Assembly (NCBI RefSeq): GCF_001194135.2
Contig: NC_068984.1
Location: 123,830,465-123,863,497 of the forward strand
DNA from: Octopus bimaculoides
Lineage: Eukaryota
Length of the DNA: 33,033 nucleotides
Reading direction: 5' to 3'
Positions 23,861 through 32,654 of the stretch are shown in pieces. The position numbers were made by a program, and so were the translations under genes. The notes below the pieces were generated by a model that did not search any database, was not told where the DNA came from, and saw only the letters and a program-made list of their open reading frames with translations. Within the stretch, counting starts at the first letter, position 1. Every line of letters begins with the position of its first letter.

Positions 23861-24226
23861 TTTATTTTTTACTTCATTCAGTCATTGGACTACGGTCATG
23901 CTGGAGCATATCCTTGAAGGGTCTTGTCGAAAAATCGACCCTAGTAGTTATTTTTGAGCATTATTCTATCTGTTTCTCTTTCTACCGCTCTGTTACGGGG
24001 TGCAAACAAACCAGCACCGGTTGTCAGGTGGTTGTGGGTTACAAGCACACACACACACACAGTTATCCGGCGAGCTTCTTTCAGATTCCGTCCAAAAATC
24101 TACTCCTAAAACTTTGGTCAGCTCGGGGGTTGTTGTAGAAAACATTTGTCCATAGTGAAGCGCAGTGGGGCTGAACCCAAGACCACATGGTCAGGAAGTA
24201 AGCTTCTTAACCACACAGCCATGCTT
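23861..24226 (-). mobile_element. SINE family A, full length, with a short internal (CA)n
   Basis: CAGTCATTGGACTACGGTCATGCTGGAGCA...GAGCTTCTTTCAGATTCCGTC...GCAGTGGGGCTGAACCCAAGACCACATGG...AACCACACAGCCATGC. Confidence 0.85.
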
Positions 24227-24364
24227 ACGTCTCTGCGAGTGCGTTTTGATTTTGATTTCTGCCATTGTCAAATCTTCCCTTTATCCTTGGCACTCTACGC
24301 TGATGCATTATGGAGGGGGTTTGTCCCTCCTAGATCGATGCTATAAGTATCAGTTATAAATTGG

Positions 24365-24525
24365 TAGCAAGGGCATCCAGCCGTTGAAACCATGCCAAAA
24401 TAGACTGCGTAGCATGGAGCAGTCATCTGCCTAGCTGACTCCTGTCGAACCGTCCAACTCATGCCAGCATGGAAAGCGGACGTATGATGATGATGATTAT
24501 GAGGATGATGATGATGATGATGATT
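24365..24525 (+). mobile_element. 3' end of another SINE/LINE-like family (D) ending in (GAT)n
   Basis: AAGGGCATCCAGCCGTTGAAACCATGCC...AACCGTCCAACTCATGCCAGCATGGAAAGCGGACGT followed by (GAT)n. I recall this as a common octopus retroposon 3' end; it is the only copy in this window. Confidence 0.55.
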
Positions 24526-24566
24526 TCATACTACATGCGATTACTTGTTTATTCTTGACCCTCAGT

Positions 24567-24567
24567 T

Positions 24568-24600
<33 letters not shown>

Positions 24601-24602
24601 TG

Positions 24603-24641
<39 letters not shown>

Positions 24642-24710
24642 ATAGTACGAGGAATATTTGTAGTAGTTGCAGTATTATTATTATTATCATCATCATCATC
24701 ATCATCATCA

Positions 24711-24743
<33 letters not shown>

Positions 24744-24935
24744 GTAGTAGTAGTAGTAGTAGTAGTAGTTAATGTTGCAGTATTTGCAATAGAGAAACTA
24801 ATGTTAGTAATGTTAGTAGAAGTAGTTGTACAAATGGTTGTTGCGGTGATAGTACATGTAGTAGTAGTAGTAGGTGTTGCAGTATTTGCAAAACAGAGAC
24901 TAATGGCAGTAATGTTAGTAGTGGTAGTTGCAATG

Positions 24936-25002
<67 letters not shown>

Positions 25003-25008
25003 TAGTAA

Positions 25009-25052
<44 letters not shown>

Positions 25053-25075
25053 ATGGTAGTAGTGGTGGTGCTGGT
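24567..25075. repeat. Compound triplet microsatellite (GCA, GTA, TTA, TCA) with an internal 102-bp-period duplication
   Basis: Seen directly. It explains the poly-V/S/L ORF 24555-25094. Confidence 0.9.
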
Positions 25076-25169
25076 GCTGGAGAAGAGGGAGTAACGGTAG
25101 TAGTGCTAATAGTATTTACTGCTGTAGTTATGTTAGTAGTAGCAGCCCCTATTAACTACAGCATAACAA

Positions 25170-25420
25170 CGAGGGCGGCTGTACGCAGTCGTTCGAACAG
25201 TTAGAAATAGCAGCTAAATGTCTCTCAAATCACACCTAACCATCTTAAAATTACATAAATAAAGGATCGATTCGAGTAATGTGGTGCTGGTTCTCCTGAA
25301 AACAGTCGATGGTCACAGCTGGAATAGTTTTCTTCATAGGTTTGCGTGCACTACGAGGGTTGACCTAGCGCTAAACAGCAAGATCTGCAATAAAAAGAAC
25401 AGCAGCAACAATAATAATAA
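25170..25420 (+). mobile_element. Repeat family C copy
   Basis: GAGGGCGGCTGTACGCAGTCGTTCGAACAGTTAGAAATAGCAGCTAAATGTCTCTCAAATCACACC...GATGGTCACAGCTGGAAT...CATAGGTTTGC...GGGTTGACCTAGCGCTAAACAGCAA. Confidence 0.7.
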
Positions 25421-25618
25421 TGGTTTCGTATTTTGGCACAAGGCCAGCAATTTTGGTGGAGAAGTAAGTCGATTACATCGACCCCAGTGTTCAACTGGTA
25501 CTTATTTTATCGAGGCACGAAGGGATGAAAGGCGAAGTCGATCTCGGTGAATTTGTTCTCAGAGCGTAAAGACGGACGAAATACCGCTAAGCATTTCGTT
25601 CGGCGTGCTAACAGTTCT
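25410..25618 (-). mobile_element. SINE family B, short-tail; the head is interrupted
   Basis: TTTTGGCACAAGGCCAGCAATTTT...GTCGATTACATCGACCCCAGTG...GGCGTGCTAAC. It stops before the terminal GCCAGCTCGCCGCCTT. Confidence 0.85.
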
Positions 25619-25737
25619 TATTTCTTTATTGCCCACAAGGGGCTAAACATAGAAGAGACAAACAAAGATAGACAAAGGGATTAACTCGATTACATAGACA
25701 CCAGTGCATAACTGGTACTTAATTTATCGACTCCAAA
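25615..25737 (-). mobile_element. SINE family B, long-tail subfamily (3' part; the rest is lost in the gap)
   Basis: TTCTTATTTCTTTATTGCCCACAAGGGGCTAAACATAG...ACAAAGGGATTAACTCGATTACAT is the reverse complement of the tail at 29290-29377. Confidence 0.85.
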
Positions 25738-26104
25738 NNNNNNNNNNNNNNNNNNNNNNNNNNNNNNNNNNNNNNNNNNNNNNNNNNNNNNNNNNNNNNN
25801 NNNNNNNNNNNNNNNNNNNNNNNNNNNNNNNNNNNNNNNNNNNNNNNNNNNNNNNNNNNNNNNNNNNNNNNNNNNNNNNNNNNNNNNNNNNNNNNNNNNN
25901 NNNNNNNNNNNNNNNNNNNNNNNNNNNNNNNNNNNNNNNNNNNNNNNNNNNNNNNNNNNNNNNNNNNNNNNNNNNNNNNNNNNNNNNNNNNNNNNNNNNN
26001 NNNNNNNNNNNNNNNNNNNNNNNNNNNNNNNNNNNNNNNNNNNNNNNNNNNNNNNNNNNNNNNNNNNNNNNNNNNNNNNNNNNNNNNNNNNNNNNNNNNN
26101 NNNN

Positions 26105-26430
26105 CCAGCTCGCCGCCTTTAATAATAATGATAATAATAATAATCCATTTTACTTAAGGTACAAGACCTAAAATTTTGAGGAAGGGGACTAGTCGATTAC
26201 TTAATTTATCGAACCCAAAAGGATGAAAAGCAAAGTCGACCTCGGCGGATTTTGAACTCAGAACGTAAAGACAGAAAAAATACAGCTAAGCATTTTGCCC
26301 GGCGTGCTAACGATTCTGCCAGCTCGCCGCCTTTAATAATAATAAACCGTTCCAATTTTGGCACAAGGCTGGCAATTTTGTGGGGGAGGGCGACGTCGAT
26401 TATATCTACTCTAGTACCCAACTGGTATCC
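26105..26430 (-). mobile_element. SINE family B: orphan head (26105-26119), near-complete copy with an internal deletion (26121-26333) and a tail fragment (26335-26430)
   Basis: CCAGCTCGCCGCCTT heads abut (AAT)n tails; core GCAAAGTCGACCTCGGCGGATTTTGAACTCAGAACG. Confidence 0.8.
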
Positions 26431-26656
26431 CTTCCAGGGATTTATGAAATATAAGTTAAGAACTGAAGGCTGTAAAATTGCCAACAAGAGTTTATTAATC
26501 CCTCAGCTTTCAACAGCTTTCAAGGTGACAAGTGACGGTGCTAAACTAAGCTTCAGATAAAGCCTATCACCCAAATTGACCACGCTGAGATCTGAGCTCA
26601 GATCATAAAGCGTCCTATCTGAGGCTCTAATGATGTCACCAGTCCACTGTCCAAGA

Positions 26657-27130
26657 CTGATACTTTGTTTATCCCCGAATAGATGAAAAGCAAAAGTTAA
26701 CATCAACCGAATTTGAATTCATAATGGAAAGAGCTGGAATAAACCCCACAAAATTTTCCATCCTACGCTCTAACGTATTTGCCAATTTTCCGCTTACAGT
26801 TGCAGTGCTTTGCCTTCTGAGCTCAAATTTCATTAAGGTCAGTTCCGGATTTCCTCCTTTCAGGGGTCTAAAACTTAAATTACAAACCAAATGCCGGATC
26901 GATAGTATGAACTTTACCCGCCCCCGCCGCCCCAAATTTCGGGCCCTGTGCTTTTGTAAGCAGCCATCATAAAGAATGACAAAGGTGTGGGAGCCAAAAG
27001 ATCGTCATGCAGTATTCAGTTACGATCTTTTACATTCTACATTCAAAATCCACCATGGCCAATTTTAACCTTCCAGGTATTTAAGAAATATTTACCTGTT
27101 AAGTACTGGAGGTTGTGAAATTAGCAACAC
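26657..27130. mobile_element. Old SINE family B fragments: minus about 26657-26722, plus about 26790-26960 and 27010-27130
   Basis: Degenerate core and tail motifs: GATGAAAAGCAAAAGTTAAC; CTGAGCTCAAATT...CCTTTCAGGGGTC...AAATTTCGGGCCCTGTGC. Confidence 0.5.
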
Positions 27131-27146
27131 TCCAGGAGGTTATTAA

Positions 27147-27575
27147 AATCTTTCTACTATAGGCACAAGTCCTGGGATCTTGGGTGAGTGAATTACTTCG
27201 ATTCCAATGCTCAACCATCACTTATTTTATCGATACCGAAAGAGATGAAAGGTAAAGTCGACGTTGGAAGAATTTGAACGTGAAGAGCTGGTAGAAATGC
27301 CAATAAACATTTTGGCTGAGACGCTAAGGATTCTGACAGAATGTCACCTTTTAGAATAATCCTTTTTACTGTCGATATTGAGCCTGAGATTTGGGGGAGG
27401 GGGCTAGTCGACTACATCGACTTTGATGCTTGATTGGTTCTTTTGATACTTGTTTTATCGAATCCTAAAGGAATAGTCGACCTCAGCAGAAATTGAACTC
27501 AGAACGTAAAGCCGGTGGAAATGCCGCTAAGCATTTTGTTCGACGTGCTAACGATTCTGTCAGCTCGCCTCCTTA
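27147..27575 (-). mobile_element. Two tandem SINE family B short-tail copies (27147-27350, 27354-27575)
   Basis: TTTCTACTATAGGCACAAG tail; GAACTCAGAACGTAAAG; GCTAACGATTCTGTCAGCTCGCCTCCTT head. Confidence 0.8.
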
Positions 27576-27629
27576 GAAGTTTATTAAACTGACAACATCC
27601 AAAATTCGTTATTTCATTCTAGTGTCAGT

Positions 27630-27882
27630 AACTGTTTAACAAAATTGATAGAGCGTCCGAGAAATTGCGTCCTTTTGCATTTCGAGTTCAAATCCCACTG
27701 GCCTCAGTTCTGTGTTTCATTCGTACGGAGTCGATAAAATAAATATTTCATTGATACCCGAAAGGATGAAAGGTAAAGTTGACCTCGGTTAGATTTGAAA
27801 TCAGAACGTAAAAAAAGCTGGAAAAACCATCACTAAGATTTTTTTTGTGAGACGTTTTAACGAATCTGCGAGCTCACCGTTT
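27630..27882. mobile_element. Tail-to-tail inverted pair of 3'-truncated SINE family B copies (plus about 27630-27750, minus about 27750-27882)
   Basis: Plus-strand GAGTTCAAATCCC...GTCGATAAAATAAA, then minus-strand GAAAGGATGAAAGGTAAAGTTGACCTCGG...CAGAACGTAAA...GAGCTCACCG. Confidence 0.65.
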
Positions 27883-28224
27883 TACTCCTTCGTCAAACTA
27901 ATATAGTTTAAAAGCATAATGAAAAAATGGAGAAAATTGAAAAGAATAAACCGAAGCTAAAATAAAGGGATGGGTACCATTTGTTTACTTTTAGCTCTGT
28001 AGAAATTCACATAATGCAGATATAAAATATGAACAACACTATGTATTTTAGCTACATTGATATTCACTTTCCTGCTACCCTATAAAAATAGACGAAGAAG
28101 GACAATTAATATACGTCATTAAATACATTATTTATTAATTTTTTTCTCAAGGGTACCATTCTCTTTGCTTTAGCCTAAGCCGATTCAATTAAACTTTTAA
28201 CATACTGAAAAAATTTCGAAAACT

Positions 28225-28460
28225 TAATCCTTTTGTTACTAATATTTCTGTTGAAATACACTGCCCGTGTTTCAATTAATTTTTGATAATAATGAATTCA
28301 TTAAAATAATATTGTTGCTATTAAGTTGTTTTTGAATTAAGGTGTTTTGAATATAAATTAACATGAATCTGTGATGGAAGTTTTTTTTATATTTAAATCA
28401 CTTTAAAACAGGAAGTTTGTATCATCGAACCAGAGATGGTCTCTGCTAGGTGGTACCAAG
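28225..28460. mobile_element. Probable degenerate piggyBac-type MITE (TTAA target)
   Basis: The left end TTAA|TCCTTTTGTTAC resembles TTAA+CCCTT termini, and the right end GGTACCAAG is degraded. The AT-rich body resembles a TTAACCCTTT-flanked octopus repeat that I recall but have not verified. Confidence 0.4.
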
Positions 28461-28604
28461 ATTTGACCAATAGGATTGTTTTCACTTATGTTTAGTTAGT
28501 AGTGATTAGTCAGTAGATGGTAGTGGGGATTTAACAGGACGGGGAAGGAACTATGTCACGAGCTCTCCTCTCCCTACCATCCCTACTGCAAATAAGAACA
28601 CTGC

Positions 28605-29086
28605 TTTCAAATCTTGGTACAAGGCCAGAAATTTCGGGGGAGGTGGTACTTCGATAACTTCGACATTAGTACTCAACTGGTACTTATTTTATCGACCTTG
28701 AAAGGATGAATGGCAAAAATCAAACTCGGCGGAATTTGAACTCAGAACGTAAAGACATCGCTAAGCATTTTTCCCGGCATGCCAACGATTCTGCTAGCTC
28801 GTCGCCTTGGACACAAAGAAGAATATTAGCAAACTTCAGGCCTTATTGAATCCTATTTGGAATAACCTTTGAGCAAAATTAAAATCTTTCTACTATAGGT
28901 TCAAGGTCTGAAATTTTGCGGGGAAGGGCTGGTGGATTACATCGACTCCAGTACTCATCTCTTACTCTATATTATCGACCCCGAAGCTGTGAAAGGCAAA
29001 GTCAACCTCAGCCGTATTGGAACCTAGGATGTAAAGAGTCGGAAGAAATGCCGTTAAGTATTTTGTCCGACGTGCTAACGATTCTG
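28605..29086 (-). mobile_element. Two SINE family B short-tail copies (28605-28808, 28883-29086)
   Basis: CAACTGGTACTTATTTTATCGACC...CGGCGGAATTTGAACTCAGAACGTAAAGAC; TTTCTACTATAGG...GTGCTAACGATTCTG. Confidence 0.85.
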
Positions 29087-29142
29087 TTTTAAAATCCAAG
29101 ATGATTTTGTCTCCCTTTCAACAGAAATGTATGGCTGTATGT

Positions 29143-29377
29143 AAGGCGGTGAGCTGGCAGAAACGTTATCATGCCGGGCGAAATGTTTAGCAGTATTTCG
29201 TCTGCCGTTACGTTCTGAGTTCAAATTCGCCGAGGTCGATTTTGCCTTTCATCCTTTCGGGGTCGATAAATGAAGTACCAGTTACTCACTGGGTCGATGT
29301 AATCGAGTTAATCCCTTTGTCTGTCCTTGTTTGTCCCCTCTATGTTTAGCTCCTTGTGGGCTATAAAGAAATAAGAA
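29143..29377 (+). mobile_element. Best-preserved SINE family B copy (long-tail subfamily), with a target-site duplication
   Basis: AAGGCGGTGAGCTGGCAGAAACGTTA (A-box-like) ... GAGTTCAAATTC (B-box-like) ... GAGGTCGATTTTGCCTTTCATCCTTTCGGGGTCGATAAATGAAGTACC core (resembles the Meta/MESC-type SINE central domain, from memory) ... TAAAGAAATAAG. It is flanked by an 18-bp direct repeat (29123-29140 and 29374-29391, 2 mismatches). Confidence 0.9.
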
Positions 29378-30845
29378 ATGTACGGCTATATAAAGGATCC
29401 ATACTCTAACTCTTCTATTTATCCCAAGGAGATGATTTTAAGAACTTTGTGTGCAGTAGCCTGGTCATTGCCTCAATATGAGATTTACTGTCGTGTCCCT
29501 GGGCAAGTTCCAGATTTCTAAGAAACAAGAGCATCCTGCCTTTCATAGGAAATCAATAAATATATTGTTGCAAATGTCAACTTCCTGTATGAGTGAACAA
29601 AATTTTTTTCTTAAAGTATCGAGAGCAGAGACAGAAATAGTTACCTTTCAAATGAAAATTAAATCTGCGTGTGTTTATCAAAAGTTCGACTCTGAGTATT
29701 TGTAAACGAAAAAGACAAGTACAGGTTTCTCATTACGAAATCAAATTTCAATATCTAAATTGGCTTCAAAAATAATATTGCTTTATTTATCTTATGCTAG
29801 TTTTTTTCAAGATTGTCAATAAAGGATTAAGTTATTGTAGAAGCTGTTATGCTTTCGTTCTGTTTATATGCGCTATATCAAGTTGTTAGTTATAATTATT
29901 TTTTCTGAATATAAAAGTGTGATTTATATTTTTCGTGTGAATGAAATCCTCTTTATGTGGTTTCTCGAATAAGCAGTTTGATCTTATTTTGTTATTATTT
30001 GGAATGTCAATAAACTTGAGAAAGATTTAAGCTATTTATTTATTTACTTAAAACCTGTTCTCAGAAAAATATATTATGTTTGTCTTATGGAAATTAATTT
30101 TACGAAAGAAAAAAAGATTAGTAAATTAATTTTACATAAGGGAGAAAGATTAGTAAATTATATATAATATTTCATATTTGGAGCAAATGCAACATGGAAA
30201 ACCAAATTAACTGTAGTATTCGTTCTGAGATAGTATCTTTTGTTGATGTGTTTAAAAGCATAGAAATATAATGATAGTTGGCGAAAATCGTCCAGCATGG
30301 CTAAATGCGCATTTCTGCCTCCTTGAGCTTCGTCAATAGTAATTTCGTCCCCTGGCAACCGCATTCTAAGATGAAACCTACCTTTACTGATATAGTAAAA
30401 CAGAGATCGAAAAATCGCTGATACCGCAATTAGCCAGCAGGTTGGAAAAAAGGGTGACAGATGGAGTATTAGTTTAGATATGATGGACAGATGACTGTTT
30501 TAAACAAGCACTATTTCTGTCACCCATTACGAATGTATAATATTAATTTTATGTTGAGGATCCTTGAATACGAAATGTATTTCAAAGGGTAAAATTTTTG
30601 GGAGATATTGCTATGAGAAAGCAACATGGAAGCTTTTGTACACTATTCTAAATAAAAAAAACAAATGGGATGGTCACGGTTGGTACGTCTTTGATTATAG
30701 ATCAGCTTGATCAGGGCCAAACAATAACCATATCAGCAACAGTTATTATTATTCTGAAGCGCCACTAGGAAACCTAAGATTAGTCGAATTGCTTGAAATA
30801 ATAGCCTTGTGCTCTTGAGGCTACACCCTATTATATTATAAAAGT

Positions 30846-30899
30846 TGAGAGAGAGAGATAGATAGATAGATAGATAGAGATAGATAGATAGATAGAGAG

Positions 30900-30988
<89 letters not shown>

Positions 30989-31025
30989 ACGAAAGGAAAA
31001 CCGAAAGAAACGAAGAAAGAGAAGG
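30846..31025. repeat. (GA)n/(GATA)n compound microsatellite
   Basis: Seen directly. Confidence 0.95.
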
Positions 31026-31264
31026 AGTAAGGCAGATGGAGAAATGTAGAGGAAAGACTTCTTTTTTCTCTTTCCAATCTAAGGCGAGTGATAGACGAAT
31101 ATCTGATGATGGCTTGACTAATCTTAGGAACGATGGTGACAGCCGATGAACTTTGAACGAAATTGTAGAAAGGATTAACTGATGGGAAAAGTGAATTTGA
31201 TATAATGTAAAAAGTAAAACAAAAACACACTCAAATCACACTAGTTTTCAGGGAAATGTCTGAA

Positions 31265-31400
31265 TTTTTAGTGAAACCAAGACAACAGAGGATGAAATAT
31301 CTGTGTCTGACAGGAATATTATTCCAGGATCGTTTGCTACAGAGAGGTGATAGGACGGTGAGGGAGGATCTGAGCCGAAGCAAATCAACCGATATTGATG
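31265..31400 (+). mobile_element. Possible relic of a LINE apurinic-type endonuclease (APE) N-terminus
   Basis: One frame reads IFSETKTTEDEISVSDRNIIPGSFATER**DGEGG and the neighbouring frame gives LLQRGDR. Together they resemble the APE pattern SETK...IPGY.L.RxDR..xGGG. Confidence 0.4.
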
Positions 31401-31476
31401 TAAGGGTTGATACATACATACATGCATGCATGTATGCATACATACATACATAATACATACATAGGTACGCACGTAC

Positions 31477-31507
<31 letters not shown>

Positions 31508-31543
31508 CATACGTACGTACATACATACATACATACATACATA

Positions 31544-31734
31544 CGAGGTAGGTACTGAAAAGTTCCTGGTTTTAAGGGTGTCACGAAAGGCTTGGTTGGA
31601 GGCCGAACTTCCCGAGTTCTTTTACAGGGTTTAGAAAAACTGAAGGACCGATGCCATAACAGTGTGAATCTGAGAGGGAAATATGTTGAATAAAATCATA
31701 ATTATCTGATCCTCCTGTATTTTCTTTTACCCAA
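31544..31734 (+). mobile_element. Mariner (Tc1/mariner)-derived miniature element: left TIR plus the transposase C-terminal remnant
   Basis: It starts after a TA (31542-31543) in a (TACA)n run with CGAGGTAGGTACTGAAAAGTTCCTGG. It encodes KAWLEAELPEFFY(fs)GLEKLKDRCHNSVNLRGKYVE* (stop 31691-31693), the mariner end motif FFxxGIxKLxxRWxKCxxxxGxYxE. The right TIR is replaced by (CA)n. Confidence 0.8.
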
Positions 31735-32258
31735 CACACACACACACACACACACATACACACGCGCACGTACACACACCCACACATACGCACGAACAGA
31801 TACACACACGCACGCACATACACACACACACACATACACTCGTTTTTAATAGACAAGATCAAAGGCCACCCTGTTTATCGAAAATGACTATCTTGTGTGT
31901 CCTTCCGCCTTTAAGACTACAGTGTATGACATGAGGGAGATTCAACTGTGATTTTATGGCAGTTCGAGGGACCACACTGAAATTTTTTTGGTGGCTCGTG
32001 CAAAAGTCATTTTAGAATATAGCCGGCCAAAATCATTTTAGAATACAGCCGGCCAAAATACAATCTGATCAACAGAATTTGTAATAATGTGTCACAAAGA
32101 TGTTGAAATATAAGAGTTCCATCTGAAGAAAATTTACATCACTGAGAATCTGGAATGTCCGTTGATGAGAGGAAGAGCTGAATTCCAGGTTTGAAATAAA
32201 TGTTTTTATTGCCAAATGTGTTTATATCTTTTTAATGTGTATATAAATACTGATTTAA

Positions 32259-32654
32259 AATTTTGGCACAAAGACAGCAATTTTCGGGGACAGATACTTT
32301 GTTTTATCGACCTCGAGACGATGAAAAGCAAGGTCAACTTCGGCGGAATTTGAACTAAAAACGTAAAGACGAATGAAATGCTATTAAGCATTTTGACCAG
32401 TGTGCCAACGATTCTGCCAACTAGCTGCCTTAATCTGTTTATAAATATTGGCTTCCAATTTTGGCACCAGGGCAGCAATTTCGGGGGATGGGCTAAGTCG
32501 ATTCCATGGACCTCAGTATTCAACTGGTGTTTATTTTATCGATCCCTAAGGGACGATAGACAAAGTCGACCTTTGCGGAATTTGAACTCAGAACGTAAAG
32601 ACGGTTGAAACGCCGCTATGCCCGGCGTACTAACGTTTCTGCCCGTTCGCCGTC
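32259..32654 (-). mobile_element. Two tandem SINE family B short-tail copies (32259-32431, 32452-32654)
   Basis: TTTTGGCAC...GCAATTT tails; GCGGAATTTGAACT(A/C)A(A/G)AACGTAAAGAC; AACGATTCTGCC or AACGTTTCTGCC heads. Confidence 0.85.

Noticed and set aside
24555-25094. 179-aa hydrophobic poly-V/L/S ORF that could be mistaken for a membrane protein
   Set aside because: Pure triplet-repeat translation with a non-ATG start and no splice or homology support.
29143-29235. tRNA-like A/B boxes (also 1100-1154 and others)
   Set aside because: They are SINE heads with extended A-B spacing, no complete cloverleaf or acceptor stem, and they continue into SINE bodies. They are not tRNA genes.
23050-29377. 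Recurrent motifs of about 30 bp with variable spacers, superficially CRISPR-like
   Set aside because: They are internal segments of roughly 200-bp SINE copies in both orientations in a eukaryotic genome, with no cas genes and no regular spacer length.
31095-31140. CTGATGA motif suggestive of a hammerhead ribozyme core
   Set aside because: No stem II or correctly placed GAAA and no flanking stems.
31252-31399. Candidate 148-nt exon (TTTTCAG|G ... GAT|GTAAGG) with one open frame
   Set aside because: The acceptor's pyrimidine tract is short, and the region is better explained as a decayed LINE endonuclease relic. It cannot be excluded without RNA data.
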